A DNA stretch of 64,000 nt from Bacillales bacterium (GCA_035700025.1 DASSOY010000012.1:47191-111190); one strand, 5' to 3'. Positions 1 through 7,522 are shown, counted from the stretch's first letter. Numbers and translations: made by a program. Notes: generated from the sequence alone by a model not told the origin.

Positions 1-209
1 TTTCGCATGGTCCAACCGCCGCGGTAATGATCTTGATTTTCCCATTCTTGCGGATATCCTGGTCCAGGACGTGTTTCGACGTTGTTAAACCACATGTACT
101 CCGCACCGGGGCGGTTCGTCCACGTATTTTTACACGTTACACTGCATGTATGACAACCGATACACTTGTCAAGATGCATCACCATCGCTACTTGTGCTTT
201 AATGTTCAA
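1..209 (-). CDS. narH: Respiratory nitrate reductase beta subunit NarH, N-terminal ~69 codons only (gene runs off the left edge)
   Basis: Reverse translation from TTG at 209 gives (M)NIKAQVAMVMHLDKCIGCHTCSVTCKNTWTNRPGAEYMWFNNVETRPGPGYPQEW. This is the NarH N-terminus with the first CxxCxxCxxxC Fe-S motif. AAGGAGG lies 8 nt upstream. The start overlaps the narG stop by 11 nt. Confidence 0.9.
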   Translation of the reverse strand, partial: MNIKAQVAMVMHLDKCIGCHTCSVTCKNTWTNRPGAEYMWFNNVETRPGPGYPQEWENQDHYRGGWTMR

Positions 210-3200
210 GCCAATCGACCTCCTTGAGGGGACGGACGTACGTGATGGCATCTCTTTGATGACCCGTCGGCCCGTAATAATTGAATCCGTAACTGAGCTG
301 TGAATAGCCGCCGATCATGTGCGTGGGCTTTGGAATGATTCTTGTCACGCTGTTATGCGTCCCTCCGCGGTCTTTCGTAATTTTCGTTCCCGGTACGCCG
401 ACGGTACGGTCTTGTGCATGATACATCATGGCCACGCCTTCAGGAATGCGGTAAGTGAGCACTGCGCGGGCCGCGATCACGCCGTTTCGGTTGTACACTT
501 CAACCCAGTCGTTATCCTTAATTCCGATCGAAGCCCCGTCCTTTTCATTCAACCATATCGTTTGTCCGCCACGAAACAGCGAGAGCATTCGAGGTGTATC
601 TGAATACGTCGAATGGATGCCCCATTTTTGGTGCGGGGTTAAATACCGAACGGTTAAAGCCGTTCCATCCGGCTTATTCTCCCCATCGCGGTAAGGCGGC
701 AAGCCAAGCGGCGGCCGATACAACGGGAGACCTTCGCCGAAATCCAACATGATTTCATGATCTAAGTAAAAATGCTGCCGTCCCGTCAACGTGTGCCACG
801 GTACTTTGTATTCGGTATTCACCACAAACGGCGAATACCGTCTGCCGTCTTTCTCCAATCCGCTCCATACCGGCGTTGAAAGCGCAAGCCGCGGCTGCGC
901 GGTTAAATCATCGAGCGTATACGCTTCTTCCTCTCTGCCGCGCGGAATTTCCTTCAGCTCTTCTATGCCGGTCGTTTCACTTAATGCCTCCCATTCTTCG
1001 GATGCACGATGTCCATTCGTCGCGCCAGATAATGTCAAAATCGCTTCAACCGCTTGGCGGTCCGTGTAAAGGTCCGGCCGCCCCTCGCCAATTCCCTCTC
1101 GTGTTGAGCGTCCGACGCGGGCGAGCAGTTCCCGATACGCGTTTTTCCCCGAAATGGTAATGCCTTTTGTTGATATCGCTTTTTGCGCATTCGGTCCAAG
1201 CGTTGTCATTTGCTGATAAACGTTCGGATAATCCCGCTTGACGATCGAGAAATTCGGCATTGTTTTGCCCGGGATTGCTTCGGTCTCTCCTTTTCGCCAA
1301 TCGAGCACTTTGCCGTTCGGCTGAGCCATCTCACCGACGGAGTCGTGCGCAAGCGGTGTTGCCACAAGATCTTCAGATGCTGGCAAATGTTTTTCTGCAA
1401 GCTCGGAAAAAGTTTTCGCCAGTTCACGGAACGTATCCCAATCGCTTTTCGTCTCCCAGGGGCTTGAAATCGCTGCATTAAACGGATGAACGTAAGGGTG
1501 CATATCCGTGCTGGACAAATCATATTTCTCATACCAAGTCGCAGCAGGCAGCACGATATCGGAATAGAGACCAGTGCCGGTCATCCGGAAATCGATGTCG
1601 ATCATTAAATCGAGCTTGCCCTTAGGGATGTCACGTTCAACATTCACGTCTTTTGGCTGCCATGAACCTTCCTCTTCGGCAAGTACATGACCGTCAGCGC
1701 CAAGTAAATGTTTCAGAAAATATTCATGGCCTTTGCCGCTTGAACCGATCAAGTTGGATCGCCAAACAAACATCGTCCGCGGAAAATTCTTCGGATTGTC
1801 AGGATCTTCAATGGCCCAGTGAAGATTTCCTTCTTTCGCTTGTTTGGCTACATAGTCGCTCACTTCTTTGTCGGTTTTCGCCCCCGCTTTCCGTGCTTGC
1901 TCGACGATTTCGATGGAATTTTCTTCGAATTGCGGGTATGAAGGCAGCCATCCTAACCGCGCAGCCAACGCATTGACGTCGGCTGGATGCATGTCAGTGA
2001 ATTTTCCACCAAGAGGCGAACCAACGGTTGACGTTTCCAACTCCTCAAACCGATATTGATCCGTCGCAAAGTAAAAGAAGGATGTTCCGTTTTGTTGCCG
2101 CGGCGGTTTCACCCAGTCGTTCGCAAAGGCAAGCTGCGACCACCCTTCCAGCGGTCTCACTTTTTCCTGCCCGACATAATGCGCCCATCCCCCGCCGTTG
2201 ACGCCTTGGGACCCAGTCAAAAGCACGAGATTTAAAATCGAACGGTAGATCACGTCGCTATGGTACCAGTGATTCGTACCAGCTCCCATCGCGATCATCG
2301 ATTTTCCGCGCGTACGTGCCGCATTGTCTGCAAATTCTCTTGCCACTTGGATGACATGTTCGCGTTTCACACCGGTGATGGGTTCTTGCCAAGCCGGCGT
2401 ATAAGGTTTTAAAGATTCATAGTTTTCCGGGTAATCGCCGCTCAATCCGCGCGGGACCCCGATGTGTGCCATCATAAGGTCATAAACAGTAGTCACCCAA
2501 ACCGATTTTCCGTCTTTATCGGTAATTCTTTTAACCGGAACACCGCGTCGGACGGTTTCCCCCGCTCCTCCGCCGAAATACGGAAAGTCGACTTCAAACG
2601 ACGCATCGGAAATATCGAGCAAACTCAATACGGGAGAAAGTTTGCGGCCGTCGACGTCCTCATGGGCGAGCTTCCATTTCTTCTTGCCTTCCCACCGATA
2701 GCCTTGACTGCCGATCGGAACAGCCGGTTCAGAAGAACGTTCATCCCAAATGACGGTTTTCCAGTCGCCGGTTTCAGTCGTATTCTTCAAGTCGGATTCA
2801 TGTAAAAATCGACCCGTTTTCCACTGGTCACCATGAGGGTCAAGTGTTACGAGAAAAGGCAAATCGGTATACATTTTTGCATAATCAATAAAATAGTCCG
2901 TCGGGTGATCTACATAATATTCCTTTAGTATGACATGAGTCATTGCCATCGCAAGTGCCGCATCGGTACCCGCTTTAGCCGGGAGCCATAAGTCTGCGAA
3001 CTTATCATATTCCGCATAGTCCGGGCTGACGCCGATCACTTTCGTTCCGTTATAGCGGGCTTCGACCATAAAATGAGCGTCAGGCGTGCGCGTCATCGGC
3101 AAGTTCGTGCCCCAAATGATAAAATATTTCGCATTATACCAATCTGCCGATTCCGGTACGTCCGTTTGGTCGCCCCATACTTGCGGAGAAGCGGGAGGTA

Positions 3201-3879
3201 AATCCGCATACCAATCATAAAAACTAAGCATTTGCCCGCCGACGAGTGACAGGAATCGAGAACCTCCTGCATAGCTCACCATCGACATCGCCGGGATTGG
3301 ACTAAAGCCGACGATTCGATCAGGACCGTATTGTTGGATCGTATGAATCATCGATGCGGCGGCCATTTCGGAAACTTCTTTCCAAGTGGCGCGCAAAAAA
3401 CCGCCTTTGCCGCGTGCGCTTTGAAACGCTTGTTTTTTCTGAGGATCTTCAATGATCACTTTCCAAGCTTCCACTGCATCATCGGTTTTCTTTATCGCTT
3501 CTCGCCACATTTGCAGCAATTCGCCGCGTACGTACGGATATTTGACTCGCAGCGGACTGTAAGTATACCAGGAAAAACTTGCGCCGCGCGGGCATCCCCG
3601 CGGTTCATATTCCGGAAAATCTTCCCCGAGCGACGGGTAATCGGTTTGCTGGGTTTCCCATGTAATGATGCCGTCTTTCACATGAATTTTCCAGCTGCAT
3701 GAACCGGTGCAGTTGACCCCATGCGTCGAACGTACCACTTTGTCGTGTGCCCAGCGTTGCCGGTACAGTTTTTCCCACTCTCTTGAACGCGGACTTTCTT
3801 CGGTCCAATGATCGTTGATCGCCCGTCCGCGTTTTAAGTATTTGAGGGCTTGAATAAACGTGTGCTTCTGCTGCGCCAT
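199..3879 (-). CDS. narG: Respiratory nitrate reductase alpha subunit NarG (1226 aa)
   Basis: The ORF-track protein contains HGVNCTGSCSWKIHVKDGIITWETQQTDYP (FS0 cluster motif) and molybdopterin-oxidoreductase blocks throughout. I placed the start at the ATG at 3879 (MAQQKHTFIQ...) because GGGGAGGT lies 7 nt upstream. The 42 codons further upstream overlap the preceding gene. Confidence 0.97.
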   Translation of the reverse strand: MAQQKHTFIQALKYLKRGRAINDHWTEESPRSREWEKLYRQRWAHDKVVRSTHGVNCTGSCSWKIHVKDGIITWETQQTDYPSLGEDFPEYEPRGCPRGASFSWYTYSPLRVKYPYVRGELLQMWREAIKKTDDAVEAWKVIIEDPQKKQAFQSARGKGGFLRATWKEVSEMAAASMIHTIQQYGPDRIVGFSPIPAMSMVSYAGGSRFLSLVGGQMLSFYDWYADLPPASPQVWGDQTDVPESADWYNAKYFIIWGTNLPMTRTPDAHFMVEARYNGTKVIGVSPDYAEYDKFADLWLPAKAGTDAALAMAMTHVILKEYYVDHPTDYFIDYAKMYTDLPFLVTLDPHGDQWKTGRFLHESDLKNTTETGDWKTVIWDERSSEPAVPIGSQGYRWEGKKKWKLAHEDVDGRKLSPVLSLLDISDASFEVDFPYFGGGAGETVRRGVPVKRITDKDGKSVWVTTVYDLMMAHIGVPRGLSGDYPENYESLKPYTPAWQEPITGVKREHVIQVAREFADNAARTRGKSMIAMGAGTNHWYHSDVIYRSILNLVLLTGSQGVNGGGWAHYVGQEKVRPLEGWSQLAFANDWVKPPRQQNGTSFFYFATDQYRFEELETSTVGSPLGGKFTDMHPADVNALAARLGWLPSYPQFEENSIEIVEQARKAGAKTDKEVSDYVAKQAKEGNLHWAIEDPDNPKNFPRTMFVWRSNLIGSSGKGHEYFLKHLLGADGHVLAEEEGSWQPKDVNVERDIPKGKLDLMIDIDFRMTGTGLYSDIVLPAATWYEKYDLSSTDMHPYVHPFNAAISSPWETKSDWDTFRELAKTFSELAEKHLPASEDLVATPLAHDSVGEMAQPNGKVLDWRKGETEAIPGKTMPNFSIVKRDYPNVYQQMTTLGPNAQKAISTKGITISGKNAYRELLARVGRSTREGIGEGRPDLYTDRQAVEAILTLSGATNGHRASEEWEALSETTGIEELKEIPRGREEEAYTLDDLTAQPRLALSTPVWSGLEKDGRRYSPFVVNTEYKVPWHTLTGRQHFYLDHEIMLDFGEGLPLYRPPLGLPPYRDGENKPDGTALTVRYLTPHQKWGIHSTYSDTPRMLSLFRGGQTIWLNEKDGASIGIKDNDWVEVYNRNGVIAARAVLTYRIPEGVAMMYHAQDRTVGVPGTKITKDRGGTHNSVTRIIPKPTHMIGGYSQLSYGFNYYGPTGHQRDAITYVRPLKEVDWLEH

Positions 3880-3883
3880 TGCC

Positions 3884-4153
3884 TTACCTCCCCGTGGAAT
3901 CTTTCGATAAAGGATTGTAGATTTCACCTGTGATTTTAAAAGCATCTTTCCCATGAGTGAACTCATCGAGAAAGATTTCCCATGAAGGAACATTGGCAGC
4001 AGCAAGAATGAGCCGCTCCAGTTTATCTGAGGTGTCGATCGTATCGATTTCTTGTTTCACTTCTTGAGGTACAGCTCCGAAGCGCAAGGAAAGAACAGCT
4101 AGCAAATCTTCTCTGTCAACAGCCAAAATTTCTTCGGATTGGTTTTGTTCCAT
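3884..4153 (-). CDS. Small hypothetical protein (~89 aa) with a DUF4351-like helical pattern, translationally coupled to narG
   Basis: ORF MEQNQSEEILAVDREDLLAVLSLRFGAVPQEVKQEIDTIDTSDKLERLILAAANVPSWEIFLDEF. AAGGTGAGG lies 6 nt before the ATG at 4153 (alternative ATG at 4159). The stop is 4 nt before the narG ATG. The RFG...L..L....A....S.eEF pattern resembles the DUF4351 C-terminal domain (recalled, not searched). Confidence 0.55.
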   Translation of the reverse strand: MEQNQSEEILAVDREDLLAVLSLRFGAVPQEVKQEIDTIDTSDKLERLILAAANVPSWEIFLDEFTHGKDAFKITGEIYNPLSKDSTGR

Positions 4154-4161
4154 CGACATCC

Positions 4162-4485
4162 TCACCTTTTTCTTTGATTCAAACTCATAAAAGCTTGATA
4201 TTCATCTTCCGTTGCCTTCCGGCATGACTCCGCCGTTTTTTCTAAAAAAGCTAACAAGGCTTTGTTTTGTTCAATGGGCACAGCCAGCTCGTCCTTCGAC
4301 ATCGAAAATCGAGTCTCCTGTAAATAATCGTTTCCGTATTTTACCGAAATGACGGTTTCTAACGTATTTGGGACAATCATCGCTTCTGCCTTCACATCAA
4401 AAACGTGAATCCCTTTTTGTTCCAAGCATTCGGTCAATGGCTTATAAATTTCGGGATGTTTTGCTTGTAAAGGATAGAACGCCAT
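4162..4485 (-). CDS. Hypothetical protein (107 aa), no family recognised
   Basis: Intact ORF. GGAGG lies 7 nt upstream of the ATG at 4485. The start shares TAATG with the stop of the hemerythrin-like gene. Confidence 0.6.
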   Translation of the reverse strand: MAFYPLQAKHPEIYKPLTECLEQKGIHVFDVKAEAMIVPNTLETVISVKYGNDYLQETRFSMSKDELAVPIEQNKALLAFLEKTAESCRKATEDEYQAFMSLNQRKR

Positions 4486-4916
4486 TACTTGGCCTCCGTC
4501 ATCGCAACGAGTTGATTTTCTTCCTTGCGATTATGGTGCTGATTGACGAGCAGCAATGTTTCAAATCTTGACAATACACTTTCCGTTACGCCAGTGTCGG
4601 GCAAGAAGGTTTTGATTTCTTCAATTAAGGATCGCATCAACTGGTGCTCTTGTTTCAATTCGTTCACTTTCGTTGAAAGGGCAGGATCTCGTTCCACCCA
4701 TTGTACATAAAGTCCTTTTTCCTCTTCGGCGGCATGGGCCAGCGTGCGTGTCTCCCAATGTTCAACAAGCACATAGGCAACCTCCAAAAGTCTCGTTTTG
4801 TTTTCGTCATTTTTCTTCATTTTTTTCAATAACGTTGTCAGTTCATCGGCTTCGCCGAGTGCGGCCTCGTGAATCGCACGATGCGCCGATTTTTGCTTTA
4901 ATGCAGGACCGGACAT
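4485..4916 (-). CDS. Hemerythrin-like (HHE cation-binding) domain protein (143 aa)
   Basis: The His/Glu pattern (AHRAIHEAA ... VEHWETRTLAHAAEEE ... QEHQLMRSLIEE ... NQHHNRKEEN) is typical of four-helix hemerythrin-like metal-binding proteins. It sits in the operon with nar genes. Confidence 0.7.
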   Translation of the reverse strand: MSGPALKQKSAHRAIHEAALGEADELTTLLKKMKKNDENKTRLLEVAYVLVEHWETRTLAHAAEEEKGLYVQWVERDPALSTKVNELKQEHQLMRSLIEEIKTFLPDTGVTESVLSRFETLLLVNQHHNRKEENQLVAMTEAK

Positions 4917-4917
4917 A

Positions 4918-5043
4918 TCACACGTCCTTTCTCCCTTTTTTTAAAGACAGGATTTCTTTTTCCAATCGATCGACTTTCTCGACAAGCGGCTGCAATGCTT
5001 CTTGCAACAGGATCCGGAGCCTCTCGGCCTTCTCTGTTTCCAT
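4918..5043 (-). CDS. Unlisted small ORF, 41 aa, predicted coiled-coil peptide (METEKAERLRILLQEALQPLVEKVDRLEKEILSLKKGRKDV)
   Basis: My own translation of the reverse strand. A strong RBS (GAAGGAGGG) lies 7 nt before the ATG at 5043. The stop overlaps the next start as TGATATG. It is below the 60-aa cutoff of the ORF track. Confidence 0.5.
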   Translation of the reverse strand: METEKAERLRILLQEALQPLVEKVDRLEKEILSLKKGRKDV

Positions 5044-5087
5044 TGGAACATCCCTCCTTCTCTGTTAAGTATAGTGTAATGAATCGA

Positions 5088-5118
5088 TAATAAAAAGGTG
5101 TGATTTTCATCACACCTT
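5088..5118 (-). terminator. Intrinsic terminator after the cupin gene (stem AAGGTGTGA / TCACACCTT, then TTTATTAT on the minus strand)
   Basis: A perfect 9-bp stem with a 6-nt loop starts within the cupin stop codon. A T-rich tract follows on the minus strand. Confidence 0.6.
5099..5114. promoter_or_regulatory. Perfect Crp/Fnr-type box TGTGA-TTTTCA-TCACA upstream of the small-ORF/hemerythrin/narG operon
   Basis: Exact match to TGTGA-N6-TCACA. The centre (5106.5) is 40.5 bp from the TSS predicted by the -10 TACACT (5078-5073). It is 45.5 bp from the TSS predicted by TATACT (5073-5068). Confidence 0.7.
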
Positions 5119-5446
5119 AATGCACCTGATTATGACAATTTCGAGTCAAAACGACATAGAGGGTCATGAACTTCCTTCCGGTATTTTCAACGCCGAGCCA
5201 TTCGTCGTTTTGCCCATGTAACACATCACGCCAAGCAAGCGAATGACGTTCCCCGTTTATCGTATATTCACCTTCGCCTTCAAGCACTAACAAGTATACA
5301 TGCTGGTCCGGATGACGGTGAGCGGGCAGCTTTTGTCCAGGCAGAAGATTGATCAGAAAAATTGAATGGTCGTCCTGTTGGAAAAGCGTCTCCTTTTTCA
5401 TGTGGTTTTTGTCAAACGTTTGCGCGTCCCGAATGTTTTTAATCAT
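5117..5446 (-). CDS. Cupin domain protein (109 aa)
   Basis: Contains LPGQKLPAHRHPDQHVYLLVLEGEGEYTINGE, i.e. cupin motif 1 G(X)5HxH(X)3-4E(X)6G. Confidence 0.8.
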   Translation of the reverse strand: MIKNIRDAQTFDKNHMKKETLFQQDDHSIFLINLLPGQKLPAHRHPDQHVYLLVLEGEGEYTINGERHSLAWRDVLHGQNDEWLGVENTGRKFMTLYVVLTRNCHNQVH

Positions 5447-5450
5447 GGTC

Positions 5451-6140
5451 TCAACCCTTGCCGTAAAAACTTTTCAATCGTTTTAAATCGTGAATGAACA
5501 TGCCGTTGCGGTCGGCCTCTAAGATTCCTTCCTTTTTCAGCTGGTTCAAGACACGGTTAATCGTTTCGCGCGTGGAACCAACCATGTTGGCGAAGTCACG
5601 ATTGGTGATGGGAAGTTCGATGCTGATGCCGTTGTTCTTCGGTTTCCCGATTTCTTTCGAAAAGCGGAGCAATGCATGAACGATGCGATGGCGAACATCT
5701 TCCGAAATTAATTCTTGCACGCGTTCGGCCAACATGAAGATTTTCTGTCCCATGATTCGCATGACTTTTATGGCGATTTCAGGATTTTGCATCATCAATT
5801 GGTCGAAATCATCAATGCGGATCACGAACAATTCCGTTCGTTCAACGGTTTCGGCGGTTGCCGGATAGGGCGTTTCATCAAAAAATCCGACGTGTGGAAA
5901 CATTTCGCCTTTCTGCAGCAAGTTGATGACTTGCTCGTTTCCGTTTTCATCGACTTTGAACGTTTTCACCGTTCCTTCTTGGATGAAATAAACCGCTTCT
6001 CGGGGATCTCCTTCCATAAACACATACTGTCTTTTTGGATACGTCTTTTTTTTCGTGATCGCTTCAAGCCGCTTCAAGTCCTCGTTGTTCAATTCACTGA
6101 ACAAGGGCAATTCCTTTAGGATTTCTATCATGTCCGACAT
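5451..6140 (-). CDS. Crp/Fnr family transcriptional regulator (cNMP-binding-like domain plus C-terminal HTH), contains no cysteine
   Basis: The N-terminal beta-roll (LPLFSELNNEDLKRLE...YVFMEGDPREAVYFIQEGTVK) and the HTH (ITNRDFANMVGSTRETINRVLNQLKKEG) have a Crp-like RExxxR recognition helix. I chose the ATG at 6140 (AAAGGAG 8 nt upstream). The ATG at 6146 and the upstream start at 6179 are alternatives. Confidence 0.9.
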   Translation of the reverse strand: MSDMIEILKELPLFSELNNEDLKRLEAITKKKTYPKRQYVFMEGDPREAVYFIQEGTVKTFKVDENGNEQVINLLQKGEMFPHVGFFDETPYPATAETVERTELFVIRIDDFDQLMMQNPEIAIKVMRIMGQKIFMLAERVQELISEDVRHRIVHALLRFSKEIGKPKNNGISIELPITNRDFANMVGSTRETINRVLNQLKKEGILEADRNGMFIHDLKRLKSFYGKG

Positions 6141-6265
6141 CGTCATCGCTCCTTTACCGACCGCTTTTCGGCGTTTCACACAATACTATTTACAAGGCGG
6201 AGTTTCTTTCGAGATTTGCTTGTAAGAGATGAGAATAGTTGTGAATCACAAGATCTGTTAAGCTT

Positions 6266-6499
6266 TTATTTGAAAAAATCACGATTGATTTGAATAAACT
6301 CTTGTTCCTCTTCCGGCACTTCGTCTTCCGGATAAATCGCCTCAACAGGACAAACGGCTTCACAGGCGCCGCAATCGATGCACACATCTGGATCGATATA
6401 ATACATATCTTCTCCTTCGTGAATGCAATCGACGGGGCAAACTTCCACACATTCGGCGGCTTTCTCCCCGATGCACGGAGAGGTAATTACAAAAGCCAT
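6266..6499 (-). CDS. Ferredoxin, 7Fe-type pattern (3Fe-4S plus 4Fe-4S), 77 aa
   Basis: MAFVITSPCIGEKAAECVEVCPVDCIH...DPDVCIDCGACEAVCPVEAI carries CxxxxxxCxxxCP and CxxCxxCxxxCP motifs. GGAGGAG lies 8 nt before the ATG at 6499. Confidence 0.9.
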   Translation of the reverse strand: MAFVITSPCIGEKAAECVEVCPVDCIHEGEDMYYIDPDVCIDCGACEAVCPVEAIYPEDEVPEEEQEFIQINRDFFK

Positions 6500-6501
6500 G
6501 C

Positions 6502-6753
6502 CTATTCTCCTCCTTCGGTCCTTCCGATCGAAACACGCCAGACTTCTGGGCCTTCCTCGAGGTATTCCCACGTAAATGTTCCCGGTCTTTCCATTTTAAA
6601 TTCGTACAGAAGCGGTTTCGGGTTATGGTCGTTGATCAATTCCATCTTTTGACCGGGCTTTAATGATTCAAACGTGTTGAAAATCGCCGGGTGTTTTTCC
6701 CGGGGTTCGATTGGCCTCACATCAATTCGTGCATCAAACTCATTTGTTTCCAC
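6502..6753 (-). CDS. DUF2249 domain protein (~83 aa)
   Basis: Contains RPIEPREKHPAIFNTFESLKPGQKMELINDHNPKPLLYEF, typical of DUF2249. This family is commonly linked to hemerythrin/NO-stress loci (recalled). The start is set at the GTG at 6753 (AAAGGAG 10 nt upstream). The track ORF extends to 6822 through promoter-like sequence. Confidence 0.7.
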   Translation of the reverse strand: METNEFDARIDVRPIEPREKHPAIFNTFESLKPGQKMELINDHNPKPLLYEFKMERPGTFTWEYLEEGPEVWRVSIGRTEGGE

Positions 6754-6832
6754 GAACGCAGTTCTCCTTTCATTATACCGATTCTTTCCCCCGCCTTGTA
6801 CCCTGATTATAGTTAACGCCACAGATCTGTTA

Positions 6833-6848
6833 CGTGATGTGTGTCACA
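6833..6848. promoter_or_regulatory. Crp/Fnr-type box CGTGA-TGTGTG-TCACA (9/10) for the minus-strand DUF2249-ferredoxin(-crp-cupin) operon
   Basis: The centre is 6840.5. A minus-strand -10 TATAAT lies at 6811-6806, predicting a TSS near 6799, so the box centre is at about -41.5. Confidence 0.55.
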
Positions 6849-6945
6849 AAGAAAATGACGGTTGCGTGACAATTGGCGATCTCTTCCTATTCATCGTAGG
6901 CCGTTTTTGTCGGTTTTATGAATTTCGTCTGGGTCGCTCCTGCGA

Positions 6946-6961
6946 TGTGATTTGCCTCACA
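6946..6961. promoter_or_regulatory. Perfect Crp/Fnr-type box TGTGA-TTTGCC-TCACA upstream of the flavodoxin gene
   Basis: The centre is 6953.5. A plus-strand -10-like TACAGT lies at 6983-6988, predicting a TSS near 6995, so the box centre is at about -41.5. Confidence 0.65.
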
Positions 6962-7019
6962 TCGGAAGACGCTTAACGGACGTACAGTAAAGACAAAAGG
7001 AAAGAAAGAAGGAATCGCT

Positions 7020-7478
7020 ATGGCCAAATTGCTTATGATTTACGCCAGTATGTCTGGAAATACGGAAGATATGGCAAAAGAGATTGAGGCCGGCATCCGC
7101 AGCAAAAAGGAATCGGTTGATGTGTTGGAAGCTTTTGAGACAGACGCTTCGGCAATGGAAGCTTACGAAGGGATTTTAATCGGCACGTATACGTGGGGCG
7201 ACGGTGATCTCCCTGATGAGTTGCTCGACTTTTACGAGGATATGAAACAACTCGATTTAACCGGCAAAAAAGCTGCCGTGTTCGGTTCATTCGATTCCTC
7301 TTACGGGGACGACGGGATTGCCGTGGATCAAATGCGGGATGCTCTTCAGCGTCAAGGGGCAGAAATCGTTCAAGAGGAGTTGAAAGTGGAACTGAGTCCG
7401 ACTCCTGATGACCGAGCGTTGTGCCGGGAATTTGGTGAACGGTTCGCGGAAAACTGGCACGCAGTGAAAAAACTTTGA
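7020..7478 (+). CDS. Flavodoxin (152 aa)
   Basis: MAKLLMIYASMSGNTEDMAKEI carries the FMN phosphate loop S/T-x-T-G-x-T. The GTYTWGDGDLPDE motif is typical of short-chain flavodoxins. Confidence 0.95.
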   Translation: MAKLLMIYASMSGNTEDMAKEIEAGIRSKKESVDVLEAFETDASAMEAYEGILIGTYTWGDGDLPDELLDFYEDMKQLDLTGKKAAVFGSFDSSYGDDGIAVDQMRDALQRQGAEIVQEELKVELSPTPDDRALCREFGERFAENWHAVKKL

Positions 7479-7522
7479 CATGGAAGTGCATCCGCTTTCT
7501 CCCGTGTTACCCGCGTCCGACG

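Noticed and set aside
4898-5113. 71-aa ORF in the track covering the nar-operon promoter region
   Set aside because: It has no RBS. It spans the terminator/Fnr-box hairpin and promoter and overlaps the hemerythrin gene start. The 41-codon ORF in another frame (4918-5043) has a strong RBS and stop-start coupling and explains the region better.
6239-6251. Interpretation of TTGTGAATCACAA as a Rex operator
   Set aside because: Rex sites have the half-sites TTGTGAA and TTCACAA separated by ~4 nt. Here the halves are fused with a single central base, so the geometry does not fit. It is kept only as an unexplained palindrome (see findings).
6772-6777. Second TATAAT upstream of the DUF2249 gene as its promoter -10
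   Set aside because: It lies only ~4-9 nt from the AAAGGAG RBS, so a transcript initiated from it would lack the ribosome-binding site. The TATAAT at 6811-6806, correctly spaced from the Crp/Fnr box, is the better candidate.
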